DNA from: Podarcis tiliguerta
Taxonomy: Eukaryota
Strand: one strand, 5' to 3'
Assembly: GCA_965153285.1 (NCBI GenBank)
Contig: OZ229119.1
Length of the DNA stretch: 64,000 bases
Of this stretch, positions 25,401-37,694 are shown piece by piece. The position numbers and the translations under genes were made by a program. How positions within the stretch are numbered: position 1 is the stretch's first letter; every line of letters begins with the position of its first letter. The notes beneath the pieces were generated by a model. That model did no database searches. It was not told the DNA's origin and saw only the letters and a list, made by a program, of their open reading frames with translations.

Positions 25401-27019
25401 GGACGTTCCTATTTTCATCAGAGGAATGTTGCAGTGTGAGCAATATGGTAGGTGATTCCTAAGAATAATAAAACAATACATTTTTATTTCAAAGATTAAG
25501 GATTAAGCATGCCAAATCTAATCCTCTCAGAAAACAGATGTTCAAGTTATTCAGAATTTCATGGTTTTTATTTTTATTTTTATCAGCTCCAGCTCCCCAC
25601 CTCTAGTCTGGAATTGGTTTGTTTCTCACCATCTATTTCAAAAATGATGCAGCTATGCTGCAGATGATAATGCGTGGCCCTGAACTCCTGCCACTAGCTT
25701 ATTCAGTTTAAATTGGGTATGTCTAGATGTGCATCACAGCTCACTTAAACCACATACTCAATTTCATATTCACACTGTTTTGCAGCTAAATTGATCGCAG
25801 CCTCCAATGTGAGGTTTTATCTACCATGTTCCCATTTCCAGGATAAAGGCAAGTAGTAAAGATTAATGCTAAAGGAGACTTGGAAGCTAAATAATTAAGT
25901 ATGTTTGTGTCGTGTTTTTTGTACTATCCAGAATTAATTAGGACAACATTCTTTTAATCAGTCTATGGCACAATGTCCTGTTTCTATTTTGTGCCTAAAG
26001 TCCCCCCACCCCCGAGATTCCCCCCCCCAAAAAAAAACCATCATCATTTGCTCTGAGGATTTCTTAAATTGTTTCCCAGCAGCACATTTTAAGTATGCAT
26101 GTTCCTACATTTAATTCTAATCCATTGCTTTTAACTATTTTTAATTGTTGTAACCCACTCAGAGACCTGCTGGTGAGGGTGAATAATAATACCAGTAGTA
26201 GTAGTTATAGTAATAGTAATAGTGCTGCATTTAGGGAATGCCCTGAAGTGGCCAATATGGCTTTAATTGTGTTGTTTCATTTGGATCTTATGGTCTGGTT
26301 CCATGGCATTGCAAATGACAGTGTGTGCTGCTTCAGCATGAATTCAATCTGGTCCCTTAGGAATGAGGTGGAGCTACATTTTTGCCTGCTCCAGCGTGGT
26401 CCTCTTTTGAGTAGTTTTATATAAGCATACCTGTTCCCCTTCCCTCATTGGGGATGCGTTTGGAATTTGATCCTTAGGATGCTATTCTGAAATTATTGTA
26501 GCATCTTGGATGCTACTTCAGAATGGCTGCTTCCTCTAGTAATGATTTTGATGGGTGGCCACATTGTAGAATCAAATGATGTGAGTACTTTGCATGCTAA
26601 CACCACCTCTTCCATAGTGCAGAGTTCCTGAGTCTCTTACATGTTGCCACACATAATATCCATCCTTCATATCCTTTTTACCTCCCCCACCCCAAGAATC
26701 TTGGCAGTGTTTTCCTGACATCTCTGTCTTTATTACTATATGACAGCTATTATTATGAGTGATGTTCTGCTAGTCTTTCAGAACACACTTCCTTTAAAAT
26801 GTACTGCCAGAGTTAAAAGTATGCTTATTTCACTTACTTTTTGGTAAATACTTAGCACTGTGGATGTTTTCACTGGAAAATATTTTAAGCATCCTTGATC
26901 AAATAGCAAGGTACAAATTAAATATATAAAATTAATGAAGTTTAAGTAATATGAGCTCAAAAAGGGGGGAAATCTATTGGTCTGCCCATGTATCTAATTA
27001 AATAATTAAATAATTAAAT

Positions 27020-27030
27020 TATTATTATTA

Positions 27031-27061
<31 letters not shown>

Positions 27062-27148
27062 TCCCCCACCAGATCTGGCTGGGTTTCCCCAGCCACTCGG
27101 GTGGCTCCCAATAGAATATTAAAAACACGATAAAACATCAAACATTAA
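27020..27148 (-). mobile_element. L2 3' end
   Basis: atctggctgggtttccccagccactc is the reverse complement of the L2 hairpin; (att)n/(ttta)n tail. Confidence 0.85.
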
Positions 27149-28330
27149 GAGCTGTACTCAGTATAGGAAGCTATTGTCATGGAGTGAATTATTGGAAAAC
27201 ATCTGGTTGAGGAACTGCCCATGGCTGAGTTAGAGAAAGGTAGACAAGGAGCCTCATTAAGGAGTTTATGCATGGAGGGTTGAACCTTTGACTCCTTTTT
27301 AAAAAAAAATAAGACCCAGGTATTCTCTCAATCTGGCGCTAAACAGATCTGAATGGTGTCAATAGAATTGATTTCAGTGGAATGACTTTCCAAATTACAG
27401 TGCTTAGAATTGGCATATTAGTCATATGTGTTCTAATGAGATATGAAGTGAGATGTTGATGTCAGCAAAAGGTACAGACAGCATGGTGTAGCCAGGAGGA
27501 ATATGTGAACAGCTGGAAGAAGCTGGCGAAGAGAGCAGTGCATATCATAGTCACTAACTGGGAACAAGAAAAGTCAGAACTGGGAAATGTTTACACTAAA
27601 TATTGATAGCTGCTTTCATTGCAAAAATCTATTCCTCTAAAAATGGCTAGGGTGTGAAGAGGATTTGAAGTGAGAATGCAAAGTGGAAAACAGATGTCAC
27701 AATGGTACCTGAGAAATTTTTGCAAGACAGGAGAAAGTGCACCATAGGGAGAAAGGAATGGAAATTCCAGCAAACGTTGAGAAGGCAAATCAATCTGAAA
27801 TTGGATTCCCTGAACCTGGTGCGATATAGACTATTTGGCCTGTGGTATGCTATCATTACTTTCAAGTCACAAATTGGCAGCCATCATTCTGAGTACAGAC
27901 AACAAGTGCAAGAGAAGAAATGTTTCTAGGCCATCAACTCTTGAGCAGCAGGTTTCTTTTAAATTGTTCGGCAACACAGAGTCTTGACAGTCTTCAGATT
28001 CAATGCAGACTGGGTTCCTTGCTATGTATGCCTGAGTTTCTAATGAACATGCTTGAATGAGTAGACCTCTTGACTCCCATTAATGCTGCACATCACACAT
28101 TTGTGATGAAGATAAGCACTGATTCACCTGGCATATCTAGCTGCTACTTAAACATAACATCCTGCTTATCAGCAAGCCCAATAATATTATTGCTGAATAC
28201 TAAGTACATGTCAATCCACTTCTTAACTTTCTAGCTCACAGCTGCTCCAATTACACAACATGATAGCTTGGAGGTGGGGGTGGGGAAAATCCCTCTTTTA
28301 CTATTTTTCAAAACTCTGACTGGTACTCTG

Positions 28331-28944
28331 TGGTGCAAAAGTTGGGGAGAAAACACCACTTTGAGATTGGCTGCTGAATCAGTGCCAGCAGAGGTGCCAG
28401 AAAAAGGGGTGCAGCAGGAGACATGTGAGACATGTGAGAACATGAAGGAAAAGCTTTGTGTGTGCAGGCACCAGAACAACAACTGGTTCCTGCTTAATGA
28501 GGTGAGATTTTGCTCCGTGGGCACCCCAAGATGGCCTTGCAGAGTGGAGACCACTTCCTTTACTCCAGCAGCAAGGGTGCCATGGGTTTGGGGGGAGAGA
28601 GCCACTGAAAGGGTATCTGCCTTTGTTTGGGCCCATGAAGCATTCAAGAGATGTTGGGAGTAAGCAGAGAGGGGAATTCCTAGTTCCCAGTTTGGGTGGG
28701 CTGGACCAGCTGGTCCTAAAAAAGTGCTCCCAGATGAAGACTTGTGGCAGGACTTTTGTAGTTTGCAGGACTTTTGCAGTTTGAGGCAGGGGGTGAAGTG
28801 GTTTGGCCCAGGGGCAGCAAGAGGAAGAAAGACAAAGAGGGAAGCAATACTCTCTTGTGGTGATTATGCTGTAAACCCCTCCATTGTAGGCTCATTGAAA
28901 CCCTGGAATTGTGCACCACTTGGAGATTGGGGTGGCATGCAACA
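28331..28944 (+). mobile_element. Probable solo LTR, related to 48635-49407
   Basis: 3' end aaaccctgga..cac..ttggagattggggtggcatgcaaca matches 49361-49407; 5' end tentative and TSD not recognisable. Confidence 0.55.
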
Positions 28945-29015
28945 GTTTCTTATTACCCAGTGACAGAAAGCATGTTTCCAGTGAAGCTTGGGTCCAGAAG
29001 ACTTTCACATGCCAT

Positions 29016-29017
<2 letters not shown>

Positions 29018-29054
<37 letters not shown>
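29018..29054. repeat. (TG)n microsatellite
   Basis: Read directly. Confidence 0.95.
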
Positions 29055-29056
<2 letters not shown>

Positions 29057-29518
29057 GGGGAAGGATATTTTTATTAGGCAGGGGATATCCCTTAGGGGTC
29101 CCCCCCTTTTTTCTACTTCTACTGTCAGTTTTCATGAGGCATGCTCCCTCTTGCTTTTCAGTAGTCCTGTTGTGGTTGCATAGCTACCACAAACCCACAT
29201 CTGACTTCATTATCAGTATATACGACACAGGTTTTCAATCTGCATTATTAACTTTATAAGGACATTTCAGAAGTTAATAATAATTGTTTTCATAATTGGT
29301 GTGGACCACCACTTTACCAATGGTTTGCTAGGTGTTGTCCTAGTCAAGGTTGCCCTTCAGTTAGTAGATTGTCTTGTGGACCAGAGGGAAATCGGTTGTT
29401 GTTCAGTACTGTGAATCTTGTTTGTGCACCAGAGTTTTTCTTTTACTTTTTCTTGCACAAAAACCCTAAACTACTTTTTAAGCTCAGGTCGTGGTCATTA
29501 TATAACTGTAGTAAAGTG

Positions 29519-29686
29519 CCATATTTTTCTGTCTATAAGACTTCCCATGTATAAGACACCCCCTATTTTGGGGGGCTCAGATTTAAGAAAATGGGAAGAG
29601 ATGTATCCGTGTATAAGACACCCTCTAATTTTTGACATTATTTTTTAGCAAAAAAAACCCCTAGTCTTATACACAGAAAAATACGG
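29519..29686. mobile_element. Tc2-like Tc1/mariner MITE, 168 bp
   Basis: ccatatttttctgtctataagac / gtcttatacacagaaaaatacgg|TA; internal repeats of tataagacaccc. Confidence 0.85.
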
Positions 29687-29739
29687 TATATTGTTCCTGG
29701 ACCCAAATGTGGTAACAGATGGATGCAGCCCACAGATAG

Positions 29740-30300
29740 GGGAAATCACAAGAGGGGGGGAAATCAAATACAGATTGATTTATAGGCAATGGATTCAGCA
29801 AATTACCACCCAACAAATATATTATCTTGCTATAATAGTGAGTTGTCTGCAAGTTATGCTATCATTCTTTAAATTCACAGACTGTAAATATAAAAACAGA
29901 TGCAATGAACTCTGAATTATTTGATCGAGTTCAACGGATCCTGCAGTGTTCGGCAGCCATTACCAGTGTGAGTCGTGGAAAATAAACCAGTTGTGGTTCC
30001 ATTTCTCCAGTGTCGTATGAACGGCGGCATTTTTGACCTTTTGTCACTTGCTTTGGGTGAGACACTTCATCAAACACCAAGCTGAAATTGAGATAAATTA
30101 AGTCATCTGCTCTTCCTCTCTCTGGTAACTTGGTTACTCCATCAAATAATGTAAATGCTTTGGGACTATAGACAGTCTGTAATTACTTGACGTTTGTTCT
30201 CTGTGTGACTGTCTTCTGTTGCATTAAAAAAGTGCTTAAAATTGACTTTATTTTATGCAGTAATCAAAGTGCAATATTATGTTCAATTTCTAGGATATTT
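29740..30300. promoter_or_regulatory. Candidate conserved non-coding / enhancer block
   Basis: Unique sequence, PBX-HOX octamer TGATTTAT at 29776-29783, local CpG retention at 29920-30030. Confidence 0.35.
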
Positions 30301-30669
30301 CCATAATGGAAAAAATAAGACCTGTGGTTTTTCAGGATCCTTTCTTCCTTGTGACAGTTATCTAAGGTCACCTAGCACACTGTTGGCACAGTATAAGCGC
30401 ATGATAATAGCAGTAATGTTTAAAATGTTTCCTTAAACACAATTTTGGCCTTTTGTAGAACTGTTCCTATTTAAACAGCTGCTGTATTTTCAGCTGTGTT
30501 CCTTTTGTCCTGGGTATAATTGCAGGGATGTTTTCAGTACAAGGCCTGACATAGGAGATGAACTTTGAAAGTAAACAGAAATCCAGTTTGCAAAGCTAAA
30601 ATAATCAATTTAAATTTTAATTAGCAGCAGCAACCTGGGCTTATGGTAGAGTTATATATTTTATGTTTC

Positions 30670-30673
<4 letters not shown>

Positions 30674-30712
<39 letters not shown>
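30674..30712. repeat. (TA)n microsatellite
   Basis: Read directly. Confidence 0.95.
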
Positions 30713-30715
<3 letters not shown>

Positions 30716-30898
30716 TCATTTGTTTTATACAAAAATATATAATTAAATCTTAACCTCCTAGATACACCATATTTTTTCTTGACACTTGCACTAGGATCCT
30801 AACAATGTTTACTCAGATGTATTATTTCCAGGTTTCATGCAACATTCTCCCTGGTACCTGTGCACAGTCTTGGGCTGAACTACTCTGAACACTCAGTG

Positions 30899-31140
30899 CA
30901 GTGGTACCTCGGGTTACAGACACTTCAGGTTATAGACGCTTCAGGTTACAGACTCCGTTAACCCAGAAATAGTACCTCGGGTTAAGAACTTTGCTTCAGG
31001 ATGAGAACAGAAATTGTGTTCCGGCAGCACGTTAGCAGCAGGAGGCCCCATTAGCTAAAGTGGTGCTTCAGGTTAATAACAGTTTCAGGTTAAGAACAGA
31101 CCTCCGGAACGAATTAAGTACATAACCAGAGGTACCACTG
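30899..31140. mobile_element. Tigger-like MITE, 242 bp, inverted relative to the 11504 copy
   Basis: cagtggtacctcgggtta ... taaccagaggtaccactg|TA; body is the reverse complement of 11504-11745. Confidence 0.9.
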
Positions 31141-34100
31141 TAGAAGTAAGTCTCATGGCAGACAGTGAGGTGTTTATTTATCGTTAGAAATATGTTTTTT
31201 ATTCATTTCATCCCGGCAGCTTATAATAAAATTTCTTTTTTTAAAAAAACAAAACACTCCAATTTATTTTCAAACATTAATTTTCATTTACCAAAATCAA
31301 TTTAATTAAGGACAAAACTACATAGCTCATTTTGCATTAAGCATCTCCGAGGCCAACAGAGAGTGGAAAAGTCTCTCTGGGGTGTGATTACCACCACCAC
31401 CACCCCCGCCTACCAGGACGAGGTCATAAAGCCTAACCTATCTCACAATGTGGTGAGAATAAAACAGAGAAAGAGAAGAATCATATCCCCCCTCCTGAAC
31501 TGTTTGGGTGAAGGGTGGGTTAAAAGGGCCTAAATAGATAAATATGGCTTTAAAGTTCAAAACCAGCACCTTGAATGTGGCCTTGGAGCTAACAGGGAAC
31601 CAGGGCAGTTGACAAGCAGTTTTTCAAATATACTCTGACCTTACCAATGCAGTTGGCAAATTTGTTGCTATAGTCAGGGCCAGATTAAAGATTGGGCTAA
31701 TCAGTGATAGCCTGAGGACAACTCAGATTCAGATGACAGAACAGCTGTTGACTTGAGAGGAAGCCCTCAACACCTCTTCTACGTTGTCCTGACATGGCAG
31801 TGTGATTCTCCCATGGTTGTCAAAGTTTGAGGATGATTCCCCTAAAGCTACTCCTACTCCACAGCCACACCAGAGGATGCAGTGGTAGAATCAATTATGG
31901 ACCATTTAAACTTGGCATACAGCTCTCTCAAGGAAGTGGAGCCACCAAAAAGGGAAGGCCACGGCAGCCTCTTTAAGTCTTCAAATGCCTCTACTCATTG
32001 GTGGGGGCAACATTTTCCTCAGTTGGCAGGAGGAAACCCTGTAGGAACTGGTTTGGAATGTCAGAGGCTCTGGCAATCAACCTGCCTTAGAAGAACACAA
32101 TACATATTTTTTCATCTGAGGGATGAAAAAATCTAGTTCCCCAACTATAGTTTCCCAGCTAGGTGACCATTAGCCATTCCCAGATATTCCTGTAAAGATG
32201 GGAGGAAATTCGTACAAATGGCCATCTTCTGTCCCTTGCAGAGTACATATTTCATGCCTTTTCATGCCAAAGTCCAAGGCAAAAAAAGAGTTTGAAAAAA
32301 TGAGTGTGGTAGGTTATCTTTGTGTAAACATTTTCATTTTGACTTGAATACAGTTATTAAATAAATACCTTGACTTTATGCTATATTTATATATTAATGC
32401 AGTATGTGACACATACTATTTAGGCCCTTACTTTCTTTTATCCTTGGTTCCCCTATATATTTTACCTGAGTCTAGCTATAGTATGCAGTGGTTCATGCTT
32501 CAAAGGGATTTAGAAAGCAGTTTCTTATTAATGCATCACAGCAGTCAATGACTTGAGGTTACGAAGACAGCAGACCTTCCATGTTGTTTCATGATGTTGC
32601 TGAAGTTTGTAATTTACAGTTCAAAACAAGACACTCAGGAACACTTGCGGTCAATCCAAGGTAACATTGCATCTCTTCCTTAGCTCAGCTAGTAATCTGA
32701 GCCACAGAAGCTCCTTCCCTCCTTCCTTAAGTCACTCATTTTCTCACTTCCCAAAAGCCATTTACTCCTCCCATCCTTTCTCCTTGCCTGGCTATGGCTG
32801 CAGCAACAAAAATGGTGAAGTTTCTCCCTTACTTCATGCATGGATTATTGGTTACCGCTGCTGGAGCAGGAACACCAGTGATCTTAGGAAATGCCTCTAA
32901 TATGAAGAGAGGGGAGACTTGTGATAAGAAGTTTGAATGGCTGTGGAGGTGGAAGATGGGGACTTATGGAACTGGATGATATTAAACACACCTGAGGTTA
33001 GCTGCACAGTCTTCTGCCTACTTCCAGGAAAGTGTTTAGGACTTTTGCTCTAGTGCTGTTTATTATACTTCCGCTCACAGATCTTAGTAGTCACTCCACC
33101 CACATTTTTGTTTAGCAAAGGTTGAAACAGTGTGCTTTGCCAAATTAATATGAAGTTCCTAAACCTATGCTGGATGCTCCTGTGCTATGCAAATATAAGG
33201 GCACAGCCAGTTGCCAAACATATCCAACTGCAAAATTCATGTTTGCAATGATAGGTGAAAAACCCAGCTTTGCTAAAACGAAAGTCAACATTTATATTTT
33301 ATAGGATCTTTGCTCTAAATGAAATGCTTAAATCAACACCTCCTTATTGCAGCCTTTATTGATATAACTTTATGATGGAAATAAATAAATCCTTTTCTGA
33401 AAATAAACATTGGAATAAAAGAAAATTGTATTTCTTTAGAAAAGGGTTTTGATCTATAACCCTTTATTAAGTTGGTTTTAAAGAAAGTTAAGCCTTACTT
33501 GCAAGGGATTTGGAAGAGACAATTGAGCGAATAAAAATCCCTTATGCCCCCAATAGGGTACAATTAGAAGCCCTGAGAATGAGGGAGGAGTCTACACTGT
33601 GGTGTCTTTTCATATCAGTATTGCCTAAGACATTTTGCTGCCTGTAGGAAGGACCCCTGTTCCATATTCAGAAGCCCAATTTAACTGACTGTTGACTCTT
33701 ACTTCAGCTCTGGTGGTAGGATAGCAGAGGGCAGTAAGCTAGCTTAAGGGGTACAGAGCAAGCTGTGTGACACACACACAGCTGTGCCCTCCCGGAGGCA
33801 ACTGCTTCTCTCTACCTAATAGTAGAGCCTGCCTTGTCTCCTGGAAGCTGAGCTGAAGCTAACATAGACAGGAACCACAAGCATGGGCTCCCAGGTGTCT
33901 CACATTATCCTGGTAGCATGGAAGCAAGGCATGTTGCAGCAGCATTCAACCTGCCAGCATGAAGAAACACTGAATGGGTTCTATCAGTGGGCGCAACATG
34001 TAGAGTATTCATTTGATGGAACTCCTACTGTTCCTACTGGATGTATCTTTAAAACCATTTATTTGTTGGACAGGTTGGATGGTTCCTGACTGTTCACTAT

Positions 34101-34227
34101 TTGCAGATGGGCTTCAATCACATGCAAGGAAATTCAAGTTATGCAATTAAAGTTGATTTGGTGCTCTTGTGCAAAAAGCCCACTTCCTCCAAAAATGGGA
34201 TTTTTTAAATGGGAAAACACACCAGAA

Positions 34228-34610
34228 CAGAGCTTTCCAAACTCTGTGTTGTGACACATTAGTGTGTCAGCTGCAGTGTGTAGCGGTGTCGCATGAACGC
34301 TTCCCATGCTCCTCCTGGGGCTGGAAAGGGGTTAGTTTAACCTCCAGTTTGCTAGTAAAACTGAATTACTGTGTCACAAAATGATGCATGTCTAAAATGT
34401 GTGTCACCCAGTGGCGTAGCGTGGGGGGTGCAGGGGGGGCCGGCCGCACCGGGCGCAACATCTGGGGGTTAGGTTTAGGGGGCGCAAATGCACGGGTTAG
34501 GGGGTGTAAATCCACGGGTTAGGGGGCGCAAATTACTTGCCTTGCCCCGGGTGCTGACAACCCACGCTACGCCACTGGTGTCACCAACATGAAAAGTTTG
34601 GAAAGCTCCG
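34228..34610. mobile_element. hAT MITE hosting a nested insertion
   Basis: TIRs cagagctttccaaact / agtttggaaagctccg (15/16). Confidence 0.8.
34409..34577. mobile_element. Young hAT (Tip100-like) MITE, 169 bp
   Basis: Perfect 17-bp TIR cagtggcgtagcgtggg / cccacgctacgccactg; perfect 8-bp TSD gtgtcacc (34401-34408, 34578-34585); CpG-rich. Confidence 0.93.
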
Positions 34611-35053
34611 CACAGGACAGTTTAGGATGGTTGCTTGACACAACATCATTTAAGCTCCCCTCAAATAAATCAGAATGAATACTCAGTGAAGAGCTGGCAT
34701 CACCTTGCCTCACGACAAACTTTGGGCAAACAAATCAGGATGAATGTGCAATGAATAGGTCATCTGGAAGTGACTGGCATCTGCATATTTATTTAGTACT
34801 TAATTAAATTCAGTTTAGCCCTTTGCTTTGGTTTACACTCCTCTGTCCATTAATGCCACATAATAGCAAAAATTGTTGCTTGCTTTCTGTGATCTGTTAC
34901 TACATGTGACATTCCCCGTATGTGATAAATGGTGTTTCTATTATTGTTGAGCATCTCAGTTTTATGATTAATTCTTATTAATAAAATTATAAACCTGTGA
35001 CATGTACCTTAAAGATGAAAATTTATTGTGGAATGTGATTTCAGGATGTACAG

Positions 35054-35189
35054 CAGGCTTCGTCAACCTCGGCCCTCCAAATGTTTTCAGACTACAATTC
35101 CCATCATCCCTGACCACTGGTCCTGCTAGCTAAGGATCATGGGAGTTGTAGGCCAAAAACATCTGGAGGGCCGAGGTTGACGAAGCCTG
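35054..35189. mobile_element. Young short hAT MITE, 136 bp
   Basis: Perfect 26-bp TIR caggcttcgtcaacctcggccctcca; flanks atgtacag / gtctacag (6/8). Confidence 0.9.
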
Positions 35190-35764
35190 GTCTACAGCCT
35201 ACTTTGTCAGATTCATTGAAACGTTCTGTAAGGTGGAAGAGATATATTGGTACAATTGAAGGAAATAATTTGCACCTCCTTGTAAGCAATGATGATGCTG
35301 ATGATGACAATGATGATAAATTTGCTCCATTAGTTGGATGGCACATAAACAGAACAACAAGATGATAGATCCCTGCTCTAAGAAGCTTAGTTTCTAAAAT
35401 TGAACACAGAGGAGGTATCAGTGGGGAGTAAATGTGAAGAATGCATTTAGTTTGGTTGAATATAGACATAGTTTTAGTAGGGTATGAGGAATAAGGAATA
35501 CTGCCAAATTCTTCATGGAAAATGTTAGTTTTCAGTCCTGCTATACAGAAACTTGACCTCCAATTTCTCAAAAGATTTCCTCCCCTGTGAACGAGGCTTC
35601 TATTTTTTTTCTCTCCTTCATTTTCTGTGAGCTTTCAGATTTCTTCAGAATTTTACTGGATGTGAGCTTGCTTTATTATTGCGAGGTGGCTAAGAATGGT
35701 GTTTGTTTCCTTTCTTTGAACATTTCTCAAGCACCGTAAGATCTGTGCATTCACTGATTTTGTT

Positions 35765-35918
35765 TCCATCTACTTCAGTATTGTCTACACTGACTGGCAG
35801 TACCTTTCCAGGGTATCAGGCAGGGGCCTCTCCTAGCTCTATCTGGAGACAACAGGGATTGAACCTGGGACCTTCTGCACACAAACAGATGCTATACCAC
35901 TGAGCTACAGTACTTTCC
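35765..35918 (-). mobile_element. tRNA-Ala-derived SINE
   Basis: agtattgtctacactgactggc...gattgaacctgggaccttctgc...taccactgagcta. Confidence 0.85.
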
Positions 35919-37522
35919 CAAGTTCAGGACTGGATTTCTGCTGGATCGAAGAGTAGACAGGAGGCCAGTAGATGTATTTAAGAGAAAGCACAGTAAACAT
36001 GAGAAGTCTGCAATCTTATTTGAGTGTGGAGACCGATTCCCACTTTTGCCACATCATGTCCCTAGGCCTTATTGACCGCAAATGCATCTGAAAATCAGCA
36101 AAAGGTTTCTACAATACCCTCCCATGTTTAGGGATCTGTGCCCTACATAGCTATTTTTCTTGCTCAACGGTCTCCTATTCTGGTTCACCTATAACCTGCT
36201 TTTTCCTTTATTCTGCATTTGTCACAACATCTTTTCCCAAACATCTTCCAAATTCTGCAAAAGCACAAGTATTACATAGCCCATGAGGCATTCATAAGGA
36301 ACTTGTATATGCATGTGCATAATAGACATATTTACATACATAATTTTGGCTTCGTTAAGTTATTTTGTATGTAGACATTGAGCTTTTTTTAAAAAAAATT
36401 GTCTCAGAGCTTGGGTTCCCTTGGCATATGGAGTTGGGATTTCTTTGGCAGGCTGTATGAATAGCCCTGCATGGAATACTGCTGGGTGGATAATACCTTG
36501 TCTCCTTGCTGTGCAATTGACGGAAAAAAGTTGCCTCTTGTGGGACTAGTAGAGAAATACAACAGACAGTGACATTATTATTTTAAGATTATTTGTTTGT
36601 ATTCTAATGATGCACAGACTGTGCACAGTTTGGGGGCTAGGCAGCCAATATAGAAATGCAGAATGAGGAAGGCTGCTTATTTAAATTGGCTCTGTTCCAA
36701 TTCTGAACAAATTACTGTTGTCTGTATTGAGACATTTAAATTAGTTTTCTAGTGTAGCATTATATAGTGGTGGTTTTCTATACCTTTATTCTTGCAAGTT
36801 ATTTCTGATATATCCAGATAAGACTGAGGTTCTGTTTATTGTGACCTAAGGCAAACATTGCCTCCATGGATGGGAGGCAGGGGTGTCCGTGCCAGTCCTG
36901 CCCCCAATGTCCCTATGTGCATCTACCCACTGTGGCCCCAACTTTCCTCATGTTGAGTGGTGAAGGTCTGCGTGGGGTTTTTACTCAAGTTTGCTTGAAC
37001 ACTATTACAATGCCTTGTGTGATCAGGCACTTTATAGGGCAGAGGGTTCTACTCGCATTTGCCTGAATACAACATCTTGTTCAACTGGGGAACCTGTTTT
37101 ATGAAGTCCCCTAATGTGTAGATGATTCTGCTTGCTTTGAATCAAGTAAAAGCATCCTGCAAACCTTAACATCAAATTATTGAGGCAATGCACATAGGGA
37201 TGTGTGCCTGTGGAGACAAATGTTCCCACATTTAAACATTGCATGTTCTGGCAAAGACCTCCTGAGAACTCAACTCAGCAGCTTTGGAATGGTGTTAAAT
37301 CCAGCTCACTATATGTATGTCGAAATGTATTCCATAGCATAAAGTATTTTTAAGCAAGTTCAGTCACCAGCTACAGCTCTTCTCAAAAGAACCTAATCTG
37401 TCCACAATTATTTATACCCATCCAGATTCGTTTACAGTAGGAGTACCTTTGGCTATGTTGACTAAGGCGACCTGGAGCTGGAATCCAACAACATCTGCAT
37501 TGGCTACCCTTGGATTACAGTA

Positions 37523-37694
37523 CAGGCAACTCCTCATTTTGCACATGTTCAATGCACATGCAACTGTGCACACCATTTTGGGCACCAGAAGAGGGCAGGA
37601 CAGGGTGGGGCAGAATGGTGGTGAGGTGAGCTTACACATGCTTAGTTGACCTGGAACATAACCCCTGCATAACTGTGGGGTGAGGGGTTGCCTG
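37523..37694. mobile_element. Tc1/mariner MITE, 172 bp
   Basis: TA|caggcaactcctca ... tgaggggttgcctg|TA (13/14 TIR). Confidence 0.8.
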
